Shown here: positions 46,926 through 60,600 of the stretch, one piece after another
Layout: each line of letters begins with the position of its first letter
Numbering within the stretch: the first letter of the stretch is position 1
Origin: Pristiophorus japonicus
Lineage: Eukaryota
DNA: 64,000 nt
NCBI RefSeq assembly: GCF_044704955.1
Contig: NC_091998.1
Span: forward strand, 24,242,001 to 24,306,000
Reading direction: 5' to 3'
Notes under the pieces: model-generated
Told to the model about the DNA's origin: nothing
The model's database searches: none
What the model saw: the letters and a program-made list of their open reading frames with translations, nothing else
Translations under genes and position numbers: made by a program

Positions 46926-49900
46926 CAACCCTAATAATGAACGCATGCAGACCAACAATTGCAGGGCATTTAAAGCAACATTTACTAGCTTAATGCACAC
47001 TATTTGCTATACATATACAGTTTAAATGTCTTAAACAAGAAAAGTACCTGTTATACTTTCAAATGTCTAGAAATGGCAATGTCTATTTAGGTCGCTTACT
47101 GCACCTGATCTAAAATCAGAAGTAAAATATTATACATATATGACAAATCCGCACCTTAGGTTGAATGCAGTGAATTTTATAAAGCCCCTATATGGTGGTG
47201 GCGTTTACCAAGTGAAGGGTAGCGATTGAATAATATTTTTGACACATTTGAGAGAGAAAGGCAAATAAATATAGAAAGCGGCACCTGAAGCCGTAGTTAG
47301 GTGTTGTCGCATAAAGAGTGTTAAAATATAATATTTGAAATCGATTTAAAATAATATATATATATATATCCGTGCCAATATATAATCCACGTCCTGCAGA
47401 CTTCATCGCTCGGTGCTTTCTGAACGTGAAGATGCTGTCGTACGCTTTCCTCCTCGGCAGATTTCTTAATCTTAAATCTATCAATCACAGATCTTTTAAA
47501 AACTCACTGAAAACTGAAGTTAGCAAGAAAAACATGTGCATCACTGCACTGAAACAGTGTCAGTTCAAATCATTAGAATTCACCCTCTTCAGTGTTAAGT
47601 GTTTATATTGGACAAAGTTGAACTCAATTCTATACTGCACAGTATAAAGAAATGAGCAGTTTTGGAGTCCGCTGTACAGATTAAACAAGACAGTGACACA
47701 CGATGTTGATGGGTTGATTCCGAAACATCGAAATCATGCCTTGTTTATTAACACGTAAGGAACAGCAGGGATGCTACATTGTTTATAAAGAATACCACCA
47801 GGTAGAAAACCCTCATCTTATTCACTTAATGCACATAATATATTTATCGCTCAACAGTGTTGGGAATGTTAGTCACAAAAATATATTTTCAATTCAGGAG
47901 ATTAGAAAAAAAAACGTTTGTCGAACAAGAGCCCGCGCGTTAATTTCATTCGAAAAGTGCTCCGTGCCACTTGTTAGGGGCGGGGGTGGGGTGGGGACTG
48001 ATTGATCTATATGTTTTATAAACAAATTGCAATGTTTTCATTAAGTAAGTTCAATATAATTGCCACAATTCTCATACAAATAGGCCTAGCGCGAGTGGAA
48101 TTCTCTGAATTTACCATTGGGGGTTATATCTGCAACCATTTTTTTTTAGGATTAATACTTCGTGTTGGACTATGCAAATGTTATCGAGCGGGAAATATTT
48201 TCATGTCATCCTTGCCGGAAAAAGGCACCGAACTCCGGGAAGCTGCCAAATGTCTGCGAAATGAATGAAAGGAACCACATTGTCTGCCCAATACAAAACA
48301 TGCCATTACACACCGTGAAGTGTCACCTCGCCCTTTCCAAACCATCTGCCAAATCCGGTCAAATATTTTGCAACTCACCTGAAAACACAACTGTGTGCTT
48401 TTTTCCTCACAGGATAAACGAATCTCCGTGGGTAACTTTTAACATTCGTTGAAATCTTAAATGCGTAATATTTATATATATATATAATCAGATGGTTTTA
48501 TTGCAGTTTATAATTAAGAAAAAATAATGCATTCTAAATTATTTATTTCCGAGAACTACTTGTTAATTATTGCAAGCGAAACTAAACCTATTCAATTTAA
48601 ATAATCGAAATAACTATCCAACGACAGACAGCTCTTGGTCGATTGTCTAACTCGTTCGACACACAAAGGTCGTCCGTGATAGCTTATCTAAAAAACCTTG
48701 TGCAATGGTCAAATATCTTGTCACAATCAAATAATGCTTAACATAAAAATAGCAACATCACTTTTGAAAGATGTCGTTCCAAATAAAGGCGTGTCAACGC
48801 CTGACAGAAAATTCCTCTGAGCATCTTGACATCTGAAATAGCCAACCCTTTTGATTAATGTCGATGTAGTTTTAGTGGCCGGAGCCTGAACGAAGAACCA
48901 CTTGATCGGTGCAAGAACGCCTGCTATTTTAACCAAAATCTAATGCTTATGATTTTTTTGTTGCATTTTAATAGAATATCTATAATGCGGAGATATATTC
49001 AATGCATCAATGTAACTGAAAGTTAACACTATGTGGCAACAGCAAAGCAAATCAAATCCCCAGAGAAACCAAATTTCAGTGCACTGATTATATGTTGAAT
49101 ATCATTAGAAAATAGCAGGGTTGCTTACAAAATGCATCGATTTTACGTTCAGCCTTTCAATTCACGATACAATTTTCAAATACAGTTTGACAGTGTGACG
49201 TTATGTATGAATTTTATAATTACCTTGCTCATTGCCAAAAGCTCTCTGCTGTGCATTGATCTTTCTTTTGAGCTTGTTACTATCGCGAATAGTTGCAAAT
49301 TATTTTTGACATTTTTAACATTTTAAAATGTAATCACAAAATGTGCATGTTGCATTTTAAACTAGCACTATAGACAATCTCCGTACCGAGAAAGGGATAA
49401 TAAATTAAGTTATATGATTAATCAATTAAACACATCAATTCGGATCGAAGCCTTCTAAATTAAAATGAAGGCAAGCACGCGTTTAAACAATCCTCGACCT
49501 TTTGATGTACCTGTTATGCAAAATAATGTTCACACTTAGCTACGGTTTAAAATACTTAAATTTGATTCAAGGTTTGGAGAATAATTTTTTTTTTAAGTAT
49601 ACTCGGTGCAAATCGAGGCAACAGATTGAATGCATAAAATAAACTGCCGAGTTAATTTGTGTTGAAATAACCATCTCTTTTAAAGTTGCACTTGCTCTTT
49701 GATACGGTTGTGTTCCAAAGTTGGTGTGGTCGGTACCAAATTGTTCAAAAGTGTCACTTTATTTATAAGCTTCTGTAGCTATACAGTATTGATAGTAGTT
49801 TGTATAATTCCGATTGAAGGAGGTATCTTAATATGCCCTGGGAAGTGGCTGGTCCGCTGTTAACATTCAGCAAGTCAAATCTGCTCAGCACTTGAGGTCA

Positions 49901-50509
49901 AATGTAAACATTGATTGAACATTGGGACTCATAGCCAGCGGAAAGCAATGTTTTGTTACATCTGAATGCGGGCAAATCATTCTATACAGTTCGATGCAAA
50001 AATAACTGTCTTTATTGAATAGAATAATGTTATTCTATGATAAAGTACTATATCATTTCTATTTTATCTCGCAAGCGCCCTCTTACTAAAGAGCGTGTAC
50101 TGCATGATATTTTTGGACCACCCTCTCGTCCTGAGATCAGGCAAACTGCCTCATCATTAACCCGCCAAACCTAAGAGTTCTGTATTTGTGAAACAGCTGC
50201 ACATGCCACCCGTTTAATTGAATGCGCAGATTAAATAATTATCATAATTTTGTGATTTAAAAAAAAGTTTTTGATCAATTTAACTATTACAACCTCTGCA
50301 CGTTTTTCAGATAATAAATATAATTGTGCCATCCATTGAAACAACATAAAGTGATGCATGACAATTGTGTATAATTATTAATTTAAGATTAAGAAGTGGT
50401 GTGGGGAGGTTGGGGGGGGGGGGGGTGCAAGACTAAAATTGGCCAAGAGTGACAGAAGACTAAAACAATCAAGTCAGTGTGTGGGGTATGCTTAAGTATA
50501 GCAATTGAT

Positions 50510-50830
50510 GGCACTTTATGGATTGAGTATAGAATGATACAGCACAGAAAGGGGGGGGGGGGGGGCTATTCAGCCCGTCGTGCCTGGTGCAGGCTCTTCT
50601 GAAAGAGCTATCCAATTGAACCCACAACCCACAGCTTTGTAAAAAGAAAATCCTGTTCAATTCCCTTTTGAGTTATTATTGAATTCAGGAATTGCTTCCA
50701 GGACCCCTTTCAGGCAGTGCATTTTGCAGGTCGTAACTCGCTGAGTAAAAACAATTCTTATCTCCCCCTGATTCTTTTGCCAATCATCTTAAACCTGTGT
50801 CCTCTGCTGACCCACCCTCCTGCCAATGTC
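50510..50830 (-). mobile_element. CR1-like 3' end, diverged
   Basis: Reverse complement resembles the tails at 26085 and 34560. Confidence 0.65.
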
Positions 50831-51289
50831 TCCTTAATAACTATATTAAGGAGAATATATGTGTAGGAACATGTTATATATTGTCGCTGCTTCTGGAGAA
50901 GTATTGCACCGAATACTACATGACAACCCCCCTTTATGTGTGTGTGTGTGTGAGTGTGTGTGTTGCAATTTGGTTAGCAGTGCTAGGTCTAGGAGGCGAG
51001 GAAATGGGAAGGCTGGTGAAGTTTACAGTCCCAGCCTCCGCACTGCTGGTGTGGCAGGGCTGAGAGAAACGTCAGAGTCTGCAACTGCAAAAGGACATGT
51101 TGGCGTGCTGCTCAGCAACGCCAAATTTGAAAGGATTTTTTCTCCCCCTCTCGTGGAAAGCAATAGCAAAGTTTCTCATCTTTTTTTAAAAAACAACAAC
51201 ATAAAAAAAAAATCTCTCCGGGGGGCTCCAGCTGATTGCTGAAGATCGAATGACTCTCTTTCTTTCTGATTTAATGCCCCCCCGGAAAA

Positions 51290-51447
51290 ATGGCGAGCTT
51301 TGAGAGCAACCTTTGCAGAGCGGCGCTGGGCGCCTTGTTGCTACTCGCCGTCTTCTGTTCGTTGACTTTTGGCCAAGTGGAAGAGGACAAAGACGAGGAT
51401 AAGACATCCTGCCACGGAGCCTTCGACCTGTACTTTATTCTGGATAA
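51290..51447 (+). CDS. ANTXRL: Anthrax toxin receptor family gene (ANTXRL-position paralogue), exon 1; remainder not found in the window
   Basis: MASFESNLCRAALGALLLLAVFCSLTFGQVEEDKDEDKTSCHGAFDLYFILD-AA|GTAAGT: signal peptide plus the CxGxFDLYFILDK start of the ANTXR vWA domain. The family call is strong; the paralogue call rests on synteny only. Confidence 0.8.
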
Positions 51448-52258
51448 GTAAGTGGAAAGCCTTTGTTTTAGCGGAGCACTTTATCTATATATTTTAAACT
51501 CTTGACTCAACTTCTCTGTGGGACTTTTTGCTTTGAGATGCGAATTTTGAAAGAGAGTAAGGGGGGGCAAGCCAAAAAAAAGTAACACAACAAATTTAGC
51601 ACAAAAGGCTGCTTTATTTTTCTTTATTGCATGCAATGTTTACTTGCGCGTGTGTGTGGGGGGGGGTGAAAGCTGCAATCAAAACAAAAAATATATATAT
51701 ATAGGAATAAAAGGTGTTTTTGCAAGTTTCACCCCCCCCCCCCCCTTTTCTTCTGCACGAAATGTGCAGATTGGTGCTGAATGTGGCGGCCCCTCAGGCA
51801 CACACACACTGGGCGGGAGGCGCTGCTGCCTCGGCTCTCTTTTGTTCGCTGCAGCGAAGGCTGATGGGCGCGGGGCTCGCGAGCGGACTCGTTGCAAAGC
51901 CGGCTCGCGCTGGAAACGTTGAGGAGATTCGCGCATGGGCAGTGGGGCGGTGGGGGGGGGGGGGCTCGTGCTGGAACCGTTGGGGAGATTCGCGCATGGG
52001 CAGTGGGGCGGGGGGCTCGCGCTGGAACCGTTGTGAATGGATGTTGGTGAGGGGGAGACTCGCGCGCGCATGAGCCGTTGGGGGACTGTGTGGGGTGGGC
52101 GGGAGTGGAGTCGGGCTCGCGCCGCGTTGCCCTGGTCACTTCGTCTCCCCCACTCCAATACTACGGCTCGCGCCCCAGGCCGGCTGCCGCTGATTGGCGC
52201 CGCACCCGCGCGCGGGACCCACGCACCTGGAGCTCGCGCGCGCCTGAAAGCGTCAGGT

Positions 52259-52610
52259 GAGAGGTACGGCACCCAGTGGGTGAGGGATAAGACACCCAGT
52301 GGGTGAGGGATATGGCAGCCAGTGGGCGAGCATATGGCAGCCAGTGGGCGAGGGATACGGCACCCAGTGCGCGATAGGTGCGGCACCAGTGGGCGAGGGA
52401 TACGACAGCCAGTGGGCGAGAGTTACGACAATCAGTGGGCGAGAGGTGCGGCACCCAGTGGGCGAGGGATGCGGCACCCAGTGGGCGAGAGGTACGGCAC
52501 CCAGTGGGTGGGAGGTACAGCACCCATTGGGCGAGAGGTGCGGCACCCAGTGGGCAAGGGATACGGCACCCAGTGGGCAGGAGGTACAGCACCCAGTGGG
52601 CGGGAGATAC
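52259..52610. repeat. 23-bp minisatellite (GAGAGGTGCGGCACCCAGTGGGC variants)
   Basis: About 15 tandem units. Confidence 0.9.
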
Positions 52611-52760
52611 TGGCACTGGACGAGAGATACTGGCACTAGAATGAGTTACTGGCACCCAATGGGCAGGAGATACTAGCACTAAGTGAGATTCTGGCAATGG
52701 GCGAGAGAGACTGGCACTGGGTGAGAGGGAATTGCACTGAGTCAGTGATATTGACACTGG

Positions 52761-53020
52761 CCGAGAGAGAATGGCACTAGGCGAGAGAGAATGGACCTGG
52801 GCGAGAGAGAATGGCACTAGGCGAGAGAGAATGGACCTGGGCGAGAGAGAATGGCACTAGGCGAGAGAGAATGGACCTGGGCGAGAGAGAATGGCACTAG
52901 GCGAGAGAGAATGGACCTGGGCGAGAGAGAATGGCACTAGGCGAGAGAGAATGGACCTGGGCGAGAGAGAATGGCACTAGGCGAGAGAGAATGGACCTGG
53001 GCGAGAGAGAATGGCTCTAG
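52761..53020. repeat. 40-bp higher-order repeat (two alternating 20-mers), about 6.5 units
   Basis: GCGAGAGAGAATGGCACTAG alternating with GCGAGAGAGAATGGACCTGG, essentially perfect. Confidence 0.95.
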
Positions 53021-53699
53021 GTGGGAGAGAATGGCACTGGGTGAGAATCACCACCCAGTGTGTGAGATACTGGCACCAGAATGAGAGATACTGTCACTGA
53101 GTGAGAGATAAACTGGAATTGGGTAAGAGCTGCAGTGTTACTGGGCTGAAAATTGGCACTGCATGAGAGACATCGTACTGGGGTGAGATACGCTGACATT
53201 GAGTGTGACTTTTTTGCATTGATTAAGATATACACTGGAATTATGAGAAATCTACACTTGATAAGAGAAGCACTGGTACTTGGGCAAGAGACTGCCACTG
53301 TGTGAGAGACCCAGGTATTGTGTATGAGACCCTGGAACTTGAGAGAAGCATTGGCAATGGATGTGAGAGGCACTAGCACTTAGTAGGAGACATCCTGCCA
53401 CTGAAGATGAGTCCTCACATTGAGTGAGAAAGACAATGACACTGGCACTGGATGAGGGGCATCTGCACGGGAATGGTGATTGCCACTATCATTAGGTAAG
53501 AGACCCTGGTACTGAGTGAGAAACACATTGGCATGAGGCGAGAGAAATCCTGGCACTGAGTGAAAGACCCTGGATTTTGGTGAAAGAGGCAATGCTATGC
53601 AGTGGGATACCCTGGCACTGAGTCAGAGAAACAATGGTACTGGAAGTGGCTGGCACATCCTACCACTGAGTGAGAGATGCAGTGGTGCTGTGTAAGAAT

Positions 53700-54325
53700 C
53701 CTTGGCCCAAAATTTGCAGTCGGAGGCTTCTCGCGAGTGGATGCCTCTGACCTGCAAAAAATCTACGAACTTACCTGGTGGTCCAGGAAGTTTGGTGACT
53801 TGCGCTTGCACAGAGGCCTACGTATCCCAGGGGTGCATGTGGTTCGCAAGTGCCTAGGAGATCATGTGGGCGTTCCCAACCAATAAAAGAAGGGAATCCC
53901 CATTCATACTTTTGTGGAGATCTGTTTCGGAACCCCCCCCCCCATAAGTATGAATCAGGATCACTTAAAAAATACACGAACACATGAAATAAATAAAAAT
54001 ACATATTTAAAATAAATTAAAATGCCATTTAATTCAATATTTTAAATAAAAATTTAATTTTTAAAATTAAAAAAATACGTTTTAACTGGGCTAAAAAATA
54101 AACTTGCCTTATTGGACAGGGTTTTTAATGTATAAATGAGTGATAACATTTTTATTGTTTTATTTTTTTAAATAGCCATTGGGCAAATAGCCCAACTCTC
54201 TGCCTGTGAATGCCCTTTTCTTTCAGATTTGTACGATCTGTCAAGAGGATTCTTGACAGATCGTAAGTTCCGGGTTTCAGCGCATGTGCAGTGCATGCCT
54301 GAACTCGGAACTTGCGGGGCCCCTT
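53700..54325. mobile_element. Probable non-autonomous Harbinger-type fragment
   Basis: Interrupts the satellite; starts GGCCCAAAATTTGC like the other TIRs; no clear second TIR. Confidence 0.45.
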
Positions 54326-54387
54326 GACACTGCTACTGAATAAGTAACTCTGGCATTAGCACCGAGTGAGAGACATTGGCACTAGCA

Positions 54388-54785
54388 CATAGGAACAGGA
54401 GTAGGCCATTTACCCCTCCAGCCTGTTCTGCCATTGAATGAGATCTTGGCTGATCTGTGACCTAACTACATACCTGCCTAATATCTTTGGTTAAGAAAAA
54501 TCTATCAGTCTCAGATTTAAGATTAACAATTGATCTAGCATCAATTGCTGTTTGTGGAAGAGCATTTCAAATTTCCTTTTTCTGTGTAGAAGTGTTTCCT
54601 AATTTCACTCCTGAAAGGTCCGGCTCTAATTTTTAGACTATGCCCCCTAGTCCTAGACTCACCAACCAGCGGAAATAGTTTCTCTCTATCTACCCTATCA
54701 ATTCCCCTTAATATCTTGAAAACTTAGATCAAATTACCCTTAACCTTCTAAATTCAAGGGAATACAACCCTAATTTGTGTAATGT
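54388..54785 (-). mobile_element. CR1 3' end
   Basis: Reverse complement of the family at 28860-29030 and 29636-29840. Confidence 0.85.
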
Positions 54786-55189
54786 CTGAGCAAGAGAGGC
54801 ACTAATATTGAGTGACCCTTGTGCTGATTGAGAAAGATACTGTCAGTAAGTGAGTGGCCCAGGCACGAAAATGAACAAGAAACCCTTTATGTGAGCAAGA
54901 GAGCTTGGCCCTGAATCTGAGTGAGAGGCACTGGATGAGAGGCACATTGGCACTGACTGAGAAAAACCCTATTACTGAATGAGAGAAGCGCTGAATAAGA
55001 GGAATGGGCACTGATTGAAAGATCCTGGCGCTGAACTGAGTGAAATTCCCTGGCACTGAATGGGAGACGCATTGTCGCTGAGTGTGGGAGATATTGGCAA
55101 TGGGGAAGAGAGATCCTGCTTAAGTGAAAGAAACACTGGCACCGAGCAAGAGAGGCACTGGCACGGAAAAGAAAAATACTTTTATTGGA

Positions 55190-55565
55190 ATAGCATCTTA
55201 TCACATCTCTCCAAAACATCTCATATTACTATATTTTGGAGTGCAATGACTGTTCTTAGATAGCAAATGCAGAAAAGACAATAAAATAAATTATCGGATC
55301 ATCTGTTTTTAGTGTTGTTGGTCGAGGGAGGAATGTTGGTGAAGATCCAAGACACTCCCTACACTTCTCTGAGTCATACCAAGCGACTTTAACATCCACT
55401 GGACTGGACCTCGGCTTAAAGTCTGTTCCACAGGTCTGCACCTCTGACAATGAGCAATGCCTCAGTATGGCCCTGGAATGTCAGCCTAGATTACATAGTC
55501 AGATTCTAGAGTAGATTCAGACCCACAACATTGCGGCTCAGAGGTGACATGGCTATTGGCTGAGG
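55190..55565 (-). mobile_element. Old SINE (DeuSINE-like)
   Basis: Diverged match to other copies. Confidence 0.6.
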
Positions 55566-57630
55566 CTGTGCAAAAGAGTGAGGCTCGAGAGTCAGTAATG
55601 AGATAGACCCTGGAACTGGTAATGTGCAAGAGAGCAACACATCCTGGCAGTGGCAATGAGTGAGAGAGAATTAACCTGGCAGTAGAATTAATAAAGAGGT
55701 ACTGATAGTGTGTGAGAGAGACACTCTGGTACTAGCATTAATTTAGATAGATACCCTTGAGACTAAGAGAACAGCAAAGGTAGTGAGGGAGCCAGATATA
55801 TATCCTGGCATTGTGTAAGATAGTCAGCGGCACTGAGTGAATAAGGGACTAAAACTAGACAAAAACACACTCTGAAATAGCCTGCTTTGTCACCAGAATG
55901 TCAAAGTTAATTGTTAAAAATTAAGAAATACTTTATAACAAAATCATCTCATTTCTCAATTTTAAAGAGGACAGTTGATGAAGTATGTGATTATAAACAA
56001 AAAAAAGTGCCAATCCTGGAAATCTGAAATCAAACAGAAATTCCAGGAATGCATTTGACCAGGTTAACATCTCTTTCCTGAAACATTAATCTGTCTTTTT
56101 CTTTCTGAGGCTGACCAACTTGCTGTGTATTTCCAGCATTTTTTGTTTTTATTATTGTTTGTGTCAGATGGTTTAGGAGAATACAGCATCAACCTCAGCT
56201 TGTTAAAAAGTTTTTTTATGTGCATATATGGCAGACTTTATGGTTCCTGTGAGAAAGTGAGTTGAGTTCATCAACAGGGTATGAGAAACTGGACATTTTC
56301 AGCTTGTGTTCCTTGGAAACTGTGTATAAAGCCAAGCAGCACAAAGAAAGGATTCACTGAGCTCACATCCTTTCTCCTCTCCTGAGACATTTTGTTTAGC
56401 AATACCCTATTTAGCTGGTGCATAGATAGCAAATTTCAAAAGTTATGTTTAAAATCCAAGAAAATAGTTGTTTTACTTTTAAATGTACATAAAATTTGCC
56501 ATTCAAATTTATAAAATAGCGAAACTATTAATTAATTGAGTAATTAGTCAGAAAATGTTCAAAATTCCCATATTTTTGAAGCATTGTGTTATATTGCTTA
56601 TATTTATTTGTTTATAGAAAATGGGGCTGAAATTTCTCTAGGGTTCAACCAGTCTCCTGCTGTAACTCCAGAAGGAGACTGACGAAATCTCCTCGAACAC
56701 AGCGAAGACCCGGTTACACCTGGTCCCCGCCGTTTCTGACTTGTAAGGGGCAGAATCTCTGCCTGACATTTCGAAGGCAAATGTCATTGGGAAATGTAGC
56801 AAGGGATGGAGACACCCTTTGCTATGATCTCTGCTCCAGTAGCTCACTTGGGACTTGGGATGGTATGCTCAGGGAGGTGAGGCACACCAGACTCCACATG
56901 GCCGGATTTGGGCCCCAGTAGTCGATTCCAGGCCAGGCAATTAGCCCAAAATATGTAAGGTTTCAAGACCAGCCTCCTTGCACAGGGGTGTGAGGGAAAT
57001 ATGCCCTGGGTTGAGGACATGGTTTGTACAGTGTTCCCTATTGTTTGCCACTCAAAAGGTCTGGTTTCCTTGATTCTCCCTCTCCTAGTGAGAATATTGC
57101 TTTTAACCAGCTGGTAAGCAGTATACAAAAGCAGTTTGATGGGAATATTATAGATGATTTCCACTCACTCTTTAGAGGAAATCTGTGGCCTCCACTCAAT
57201 GAAGTGTGGCTCCATACAATGTGGCAAAGTTGGGGAGCTAAGCAGAGTAGGGCTCCAATACATATTCCTCCAATCAGTCTTCAATGCACTGTGCTTCCCT
57301 TTAGGGGCATTTTTTGATAAAGGAAATAGATCATCTCATATCTTGATGGGTTTGAGTGCCACATGGTGTGATACCGAGTCCTACAGAATAAAACCCTCCA
57401 TCTCCCTTTAGATTCTCTTCAAAACTCAATTCTGATCAATATCCCAACATCGCTTTCTTTGCCTCGGTGTCCAATTTATCCTTACATCTCTGTAAAATGC
57501 CGTAGGATATTTTTTTATAAAGATGCTATATAAATGCAAGGTTCCGTTATTGAGCATTCCAAGATCAAGGTGCTGTAATTGGCCTTACTTCTCCTTTGAT
57601 AAGGGGTGCAAATAAATCTGCTAGGGTTAC

Positions 57631-60600
57631 TGTCATGTATGTATGATTGGGATTACTAGCCACCAGGTGGCGCCACTGTCGGAGGTCATTGGGCTGTACG
57701 CATGTATGTGCGGCCCAGGTATAAAAGGCAAGCCATCATGTAATGTAATCACTTTGGGCCCTAATAAAGCAGAGCCAGGTTTGTACCTAGTTTACAGTAT
57801 TCAGTCTATCGAATTATTACATACATAACATTTAGCGACGAGATAACTTAAGAACCTTTGCATGCAAAAATGAGCACAATTGGAATTCTGGAGAGATTCG
57901 TGGAGGGAGAGGACTAGGCAGATTTTGTAGCTCGCCTGGACCAGTACTTCGTGGCCAACAAAATGGAGGAACCCACTGACACAGTAGGCACAGGGCGGTC
58001 TTCTTCATAGTTTGCGGTCCGAAAATCTATGGACTCATAAAGAATCTTCTCTCGCCTGCAAGTCCAACGGACAAGGACTACGAGGAATTGTGTGCTCTGG
58101 TACATGACCATCTCAAACCAGAAGAAGGCATCATCATCTCACGATATCGATTCTACAAGCACGTACGTTCTGAGGGTCAGGATGTGTCGGAATTCGTTGC
58201 CGACCTAAGACATCTAGCTGGACCATGTAAGTTTGAAAATGCGTTGGGTGACATGCTGCAGGACTTCTTTGTAATCGGCATCAACAACAAGGTGATCCTG
58301 CATAAGCTACTGGCGGTTGAGACGCTGGATTTGAGCAAGACCATCATGATTGCCCAGGCATGCATGACGATGGACAAAAACTTAAAGCAGATATCATCGA
58401 AAAATTGGAACTCAGCAAGTACTGTAAACAAGATTGTATCGTCATTTAGCAGAGCTGCATATGGCAGAACCTACTTGACTGCTTATGCGAAATCTGTGGC
58501 TGCCCAAAGTCCGCCATGGGAATTAATCCAATTTCACCATGTTGGCATTGTGGAGACAATCATCAGCCTCATCAGTGTCGGTTTTAACAGTACATTTGTA
58601 AAGGCTGTTCGAGACTGGGGCATCTCCAGCGATGTGTCTGCAACTGAGCAAGCGTGCTGCGACACACCACATGGAGGATGATGACCAGTATAGCGCAGAT
58701 CCGGATATGCAATCTGAGATACCAGAGGAGGAAGTGTATGGACTGTATTCATTCCTAACAAAGAGCCAACCGATAATGATTAATGTGAAACTTAACGGTG
58801 TGCCGGTACCGATGGAATTGGACACCGGGTGCGAGTCAATCAATAATGAGCCAGAGGACATTCGACAATACTAAGGCTATGAGGCCTAAACTGAGTCCAG
58901 TCAATGGCAAATTTCATACGTACACTAAAAAACTCATAACAGTGATTGGCAGTGCAGGAGTCAAGGTGTTGTATGATGGTGCGGTTCATGATTTACCGTT
59001 ATGGATTGTTCCAGGCAATGGTCCAACGCTGGTCGGCAGGAATTGGCTAGAAAAAAATCAAATGGAATTGGGACGCTTTCAAAGCATTGTTGTCGGAGGA
59101 TGATACTCCATGTGCTCAAGTTCTGAGCAAGTTCCCCTCGCTGTTTGAACCAGGCATCGGCAATTTTACGGGAACCAAGGTGCAGATCCATGTGGACTCG
59201 GATACAAGACCCATCCATCATAAAGCTCGGGCGGTTCCGTACATGATGAGGGAAAAGGTCGAAATTGAACTGGACAGACTCCAGCGTGAAGGGGTCATAT
59301 TACCGATCGAATTTAACGAATGGGCCAGCCCCATTGTTACTGTGTTGAAGAGTGATGGCACTGTCAGGATTTGTGGAGACTACAAGGTTACAATCAACCG
59401 AGTTTCGAAACAGGATCAATACCCGTTACCGAAGGCTGATGACCTGTTTGCAACGCTAGCCAGGGGGAAGTCGTCCACTAAACGGGATCTGACGTTGGCC
59501 TACATGACACAGGAGCTGGTCGAGACATCGAAGAAACTTACGTGCATCAACACTTATAAAGGACTGTTTATCTACAACAGGTGTCCTTTCGGAATTCGCT
59601 TGACTGCAGCCAAATTTCAGAGGAACATGGAGAGTTTACTGAAGTCCGTTCCTAGAACTGTCGTGTTCCAAGATGACATTCTGGTCACAGATTGTGACAC
59701 CGCCGAACGTCTGAACAACCTGGAAGAGGTTCTACATTGTCTGGACAAAGTGGGACTCGGACTGAAACGTTCGAAGTGCATCTTCATGGCACCAGAAGTC
59801 GAATTCCTGGGGAGGAAAATTGCTGATGACGGCATCAGGTCTACGGACTCGAAAACCAAGGTCATCAAAAATGCACCCAAGCCTCAGAATGTGACGGAGC
59901 TGCTTTCATTCCTTGATCTACTCAGAAATTTCCTACCTAGATTGAGCACTTCATTAGAGCCACTGCACATGCTGTGAAGAAAAGGCAACAACTGTGTTAG
60001 GGGTGCATCTCAAGATAGAGCTTTTGAGAAAGCTACTAATCTGCTTTGCTCTAACAAGCTACTGGTACATTATGATCCATGTAAGCGTCGAGTATTGGCC
60101 TGTGATGCTTCGTCATATGGAATTGGTTGCGTGCTCCAACAAGCTAATGAGTCGGGTAAACTACAACCTGTTGCATATGCTTCTAAAAGTTTGTCAAAGG
60201 CGGAAAGAGCCTGCAGCATGGTAGAAAAAGAAGCATTATCCTGTGTATATGGGGTTTAACAGATGCATCAATACCTGTTTGGTCTTCGGTTTGAACTGGA
60301 AACAGATCACAAGCCACTCATTTCATTTTCGGAAAACAAAGGTATAAATACCAATGCATCGTCCCGCATCCAGAGATGGGCACTGACATAGTCTACCTAT
60401 GATTATGTTATTCGCCATGAACCTGGCACCGAGAATTGTGCCGATGCACTGAGCCGTCTGCCGTTGCCCACACCGGAGGTGGAGATGCCACAACCTGCAG
60501 ACCTACTGTCAGTTATGGATGCTTTTGAAAGTGAAGGGACCCCTGTCACGGCTCAACAAGTTGAGACCTGGACCAGCCAGGACCCGATATTATCGGTTGT

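Larger units (their letters stand above)
53020..55850. repeat. Degenerate ~20-bp satellite (GAGAGATACTGGCACTGAGT-like), broken up by transposons
   Basis: Recurring TGGCACT/GAGAGA motifs at 53020-53680, 54340-54385, 54790-55170 and 55570-55850. Confidence 0.7.

Noticed and set aside
51644-52817. Cluster of 100-235 aa ORFs
   Set aside because: They arise from GC-rich sequence and the 23-bp and 20-bp tandem repeats.
56623-56948. Possible additional MITE (also about 12220-12760, 15230-15510 and 25100-25800)
   Set aside because: Termini too degenerate to fix TIRs or TSDs.
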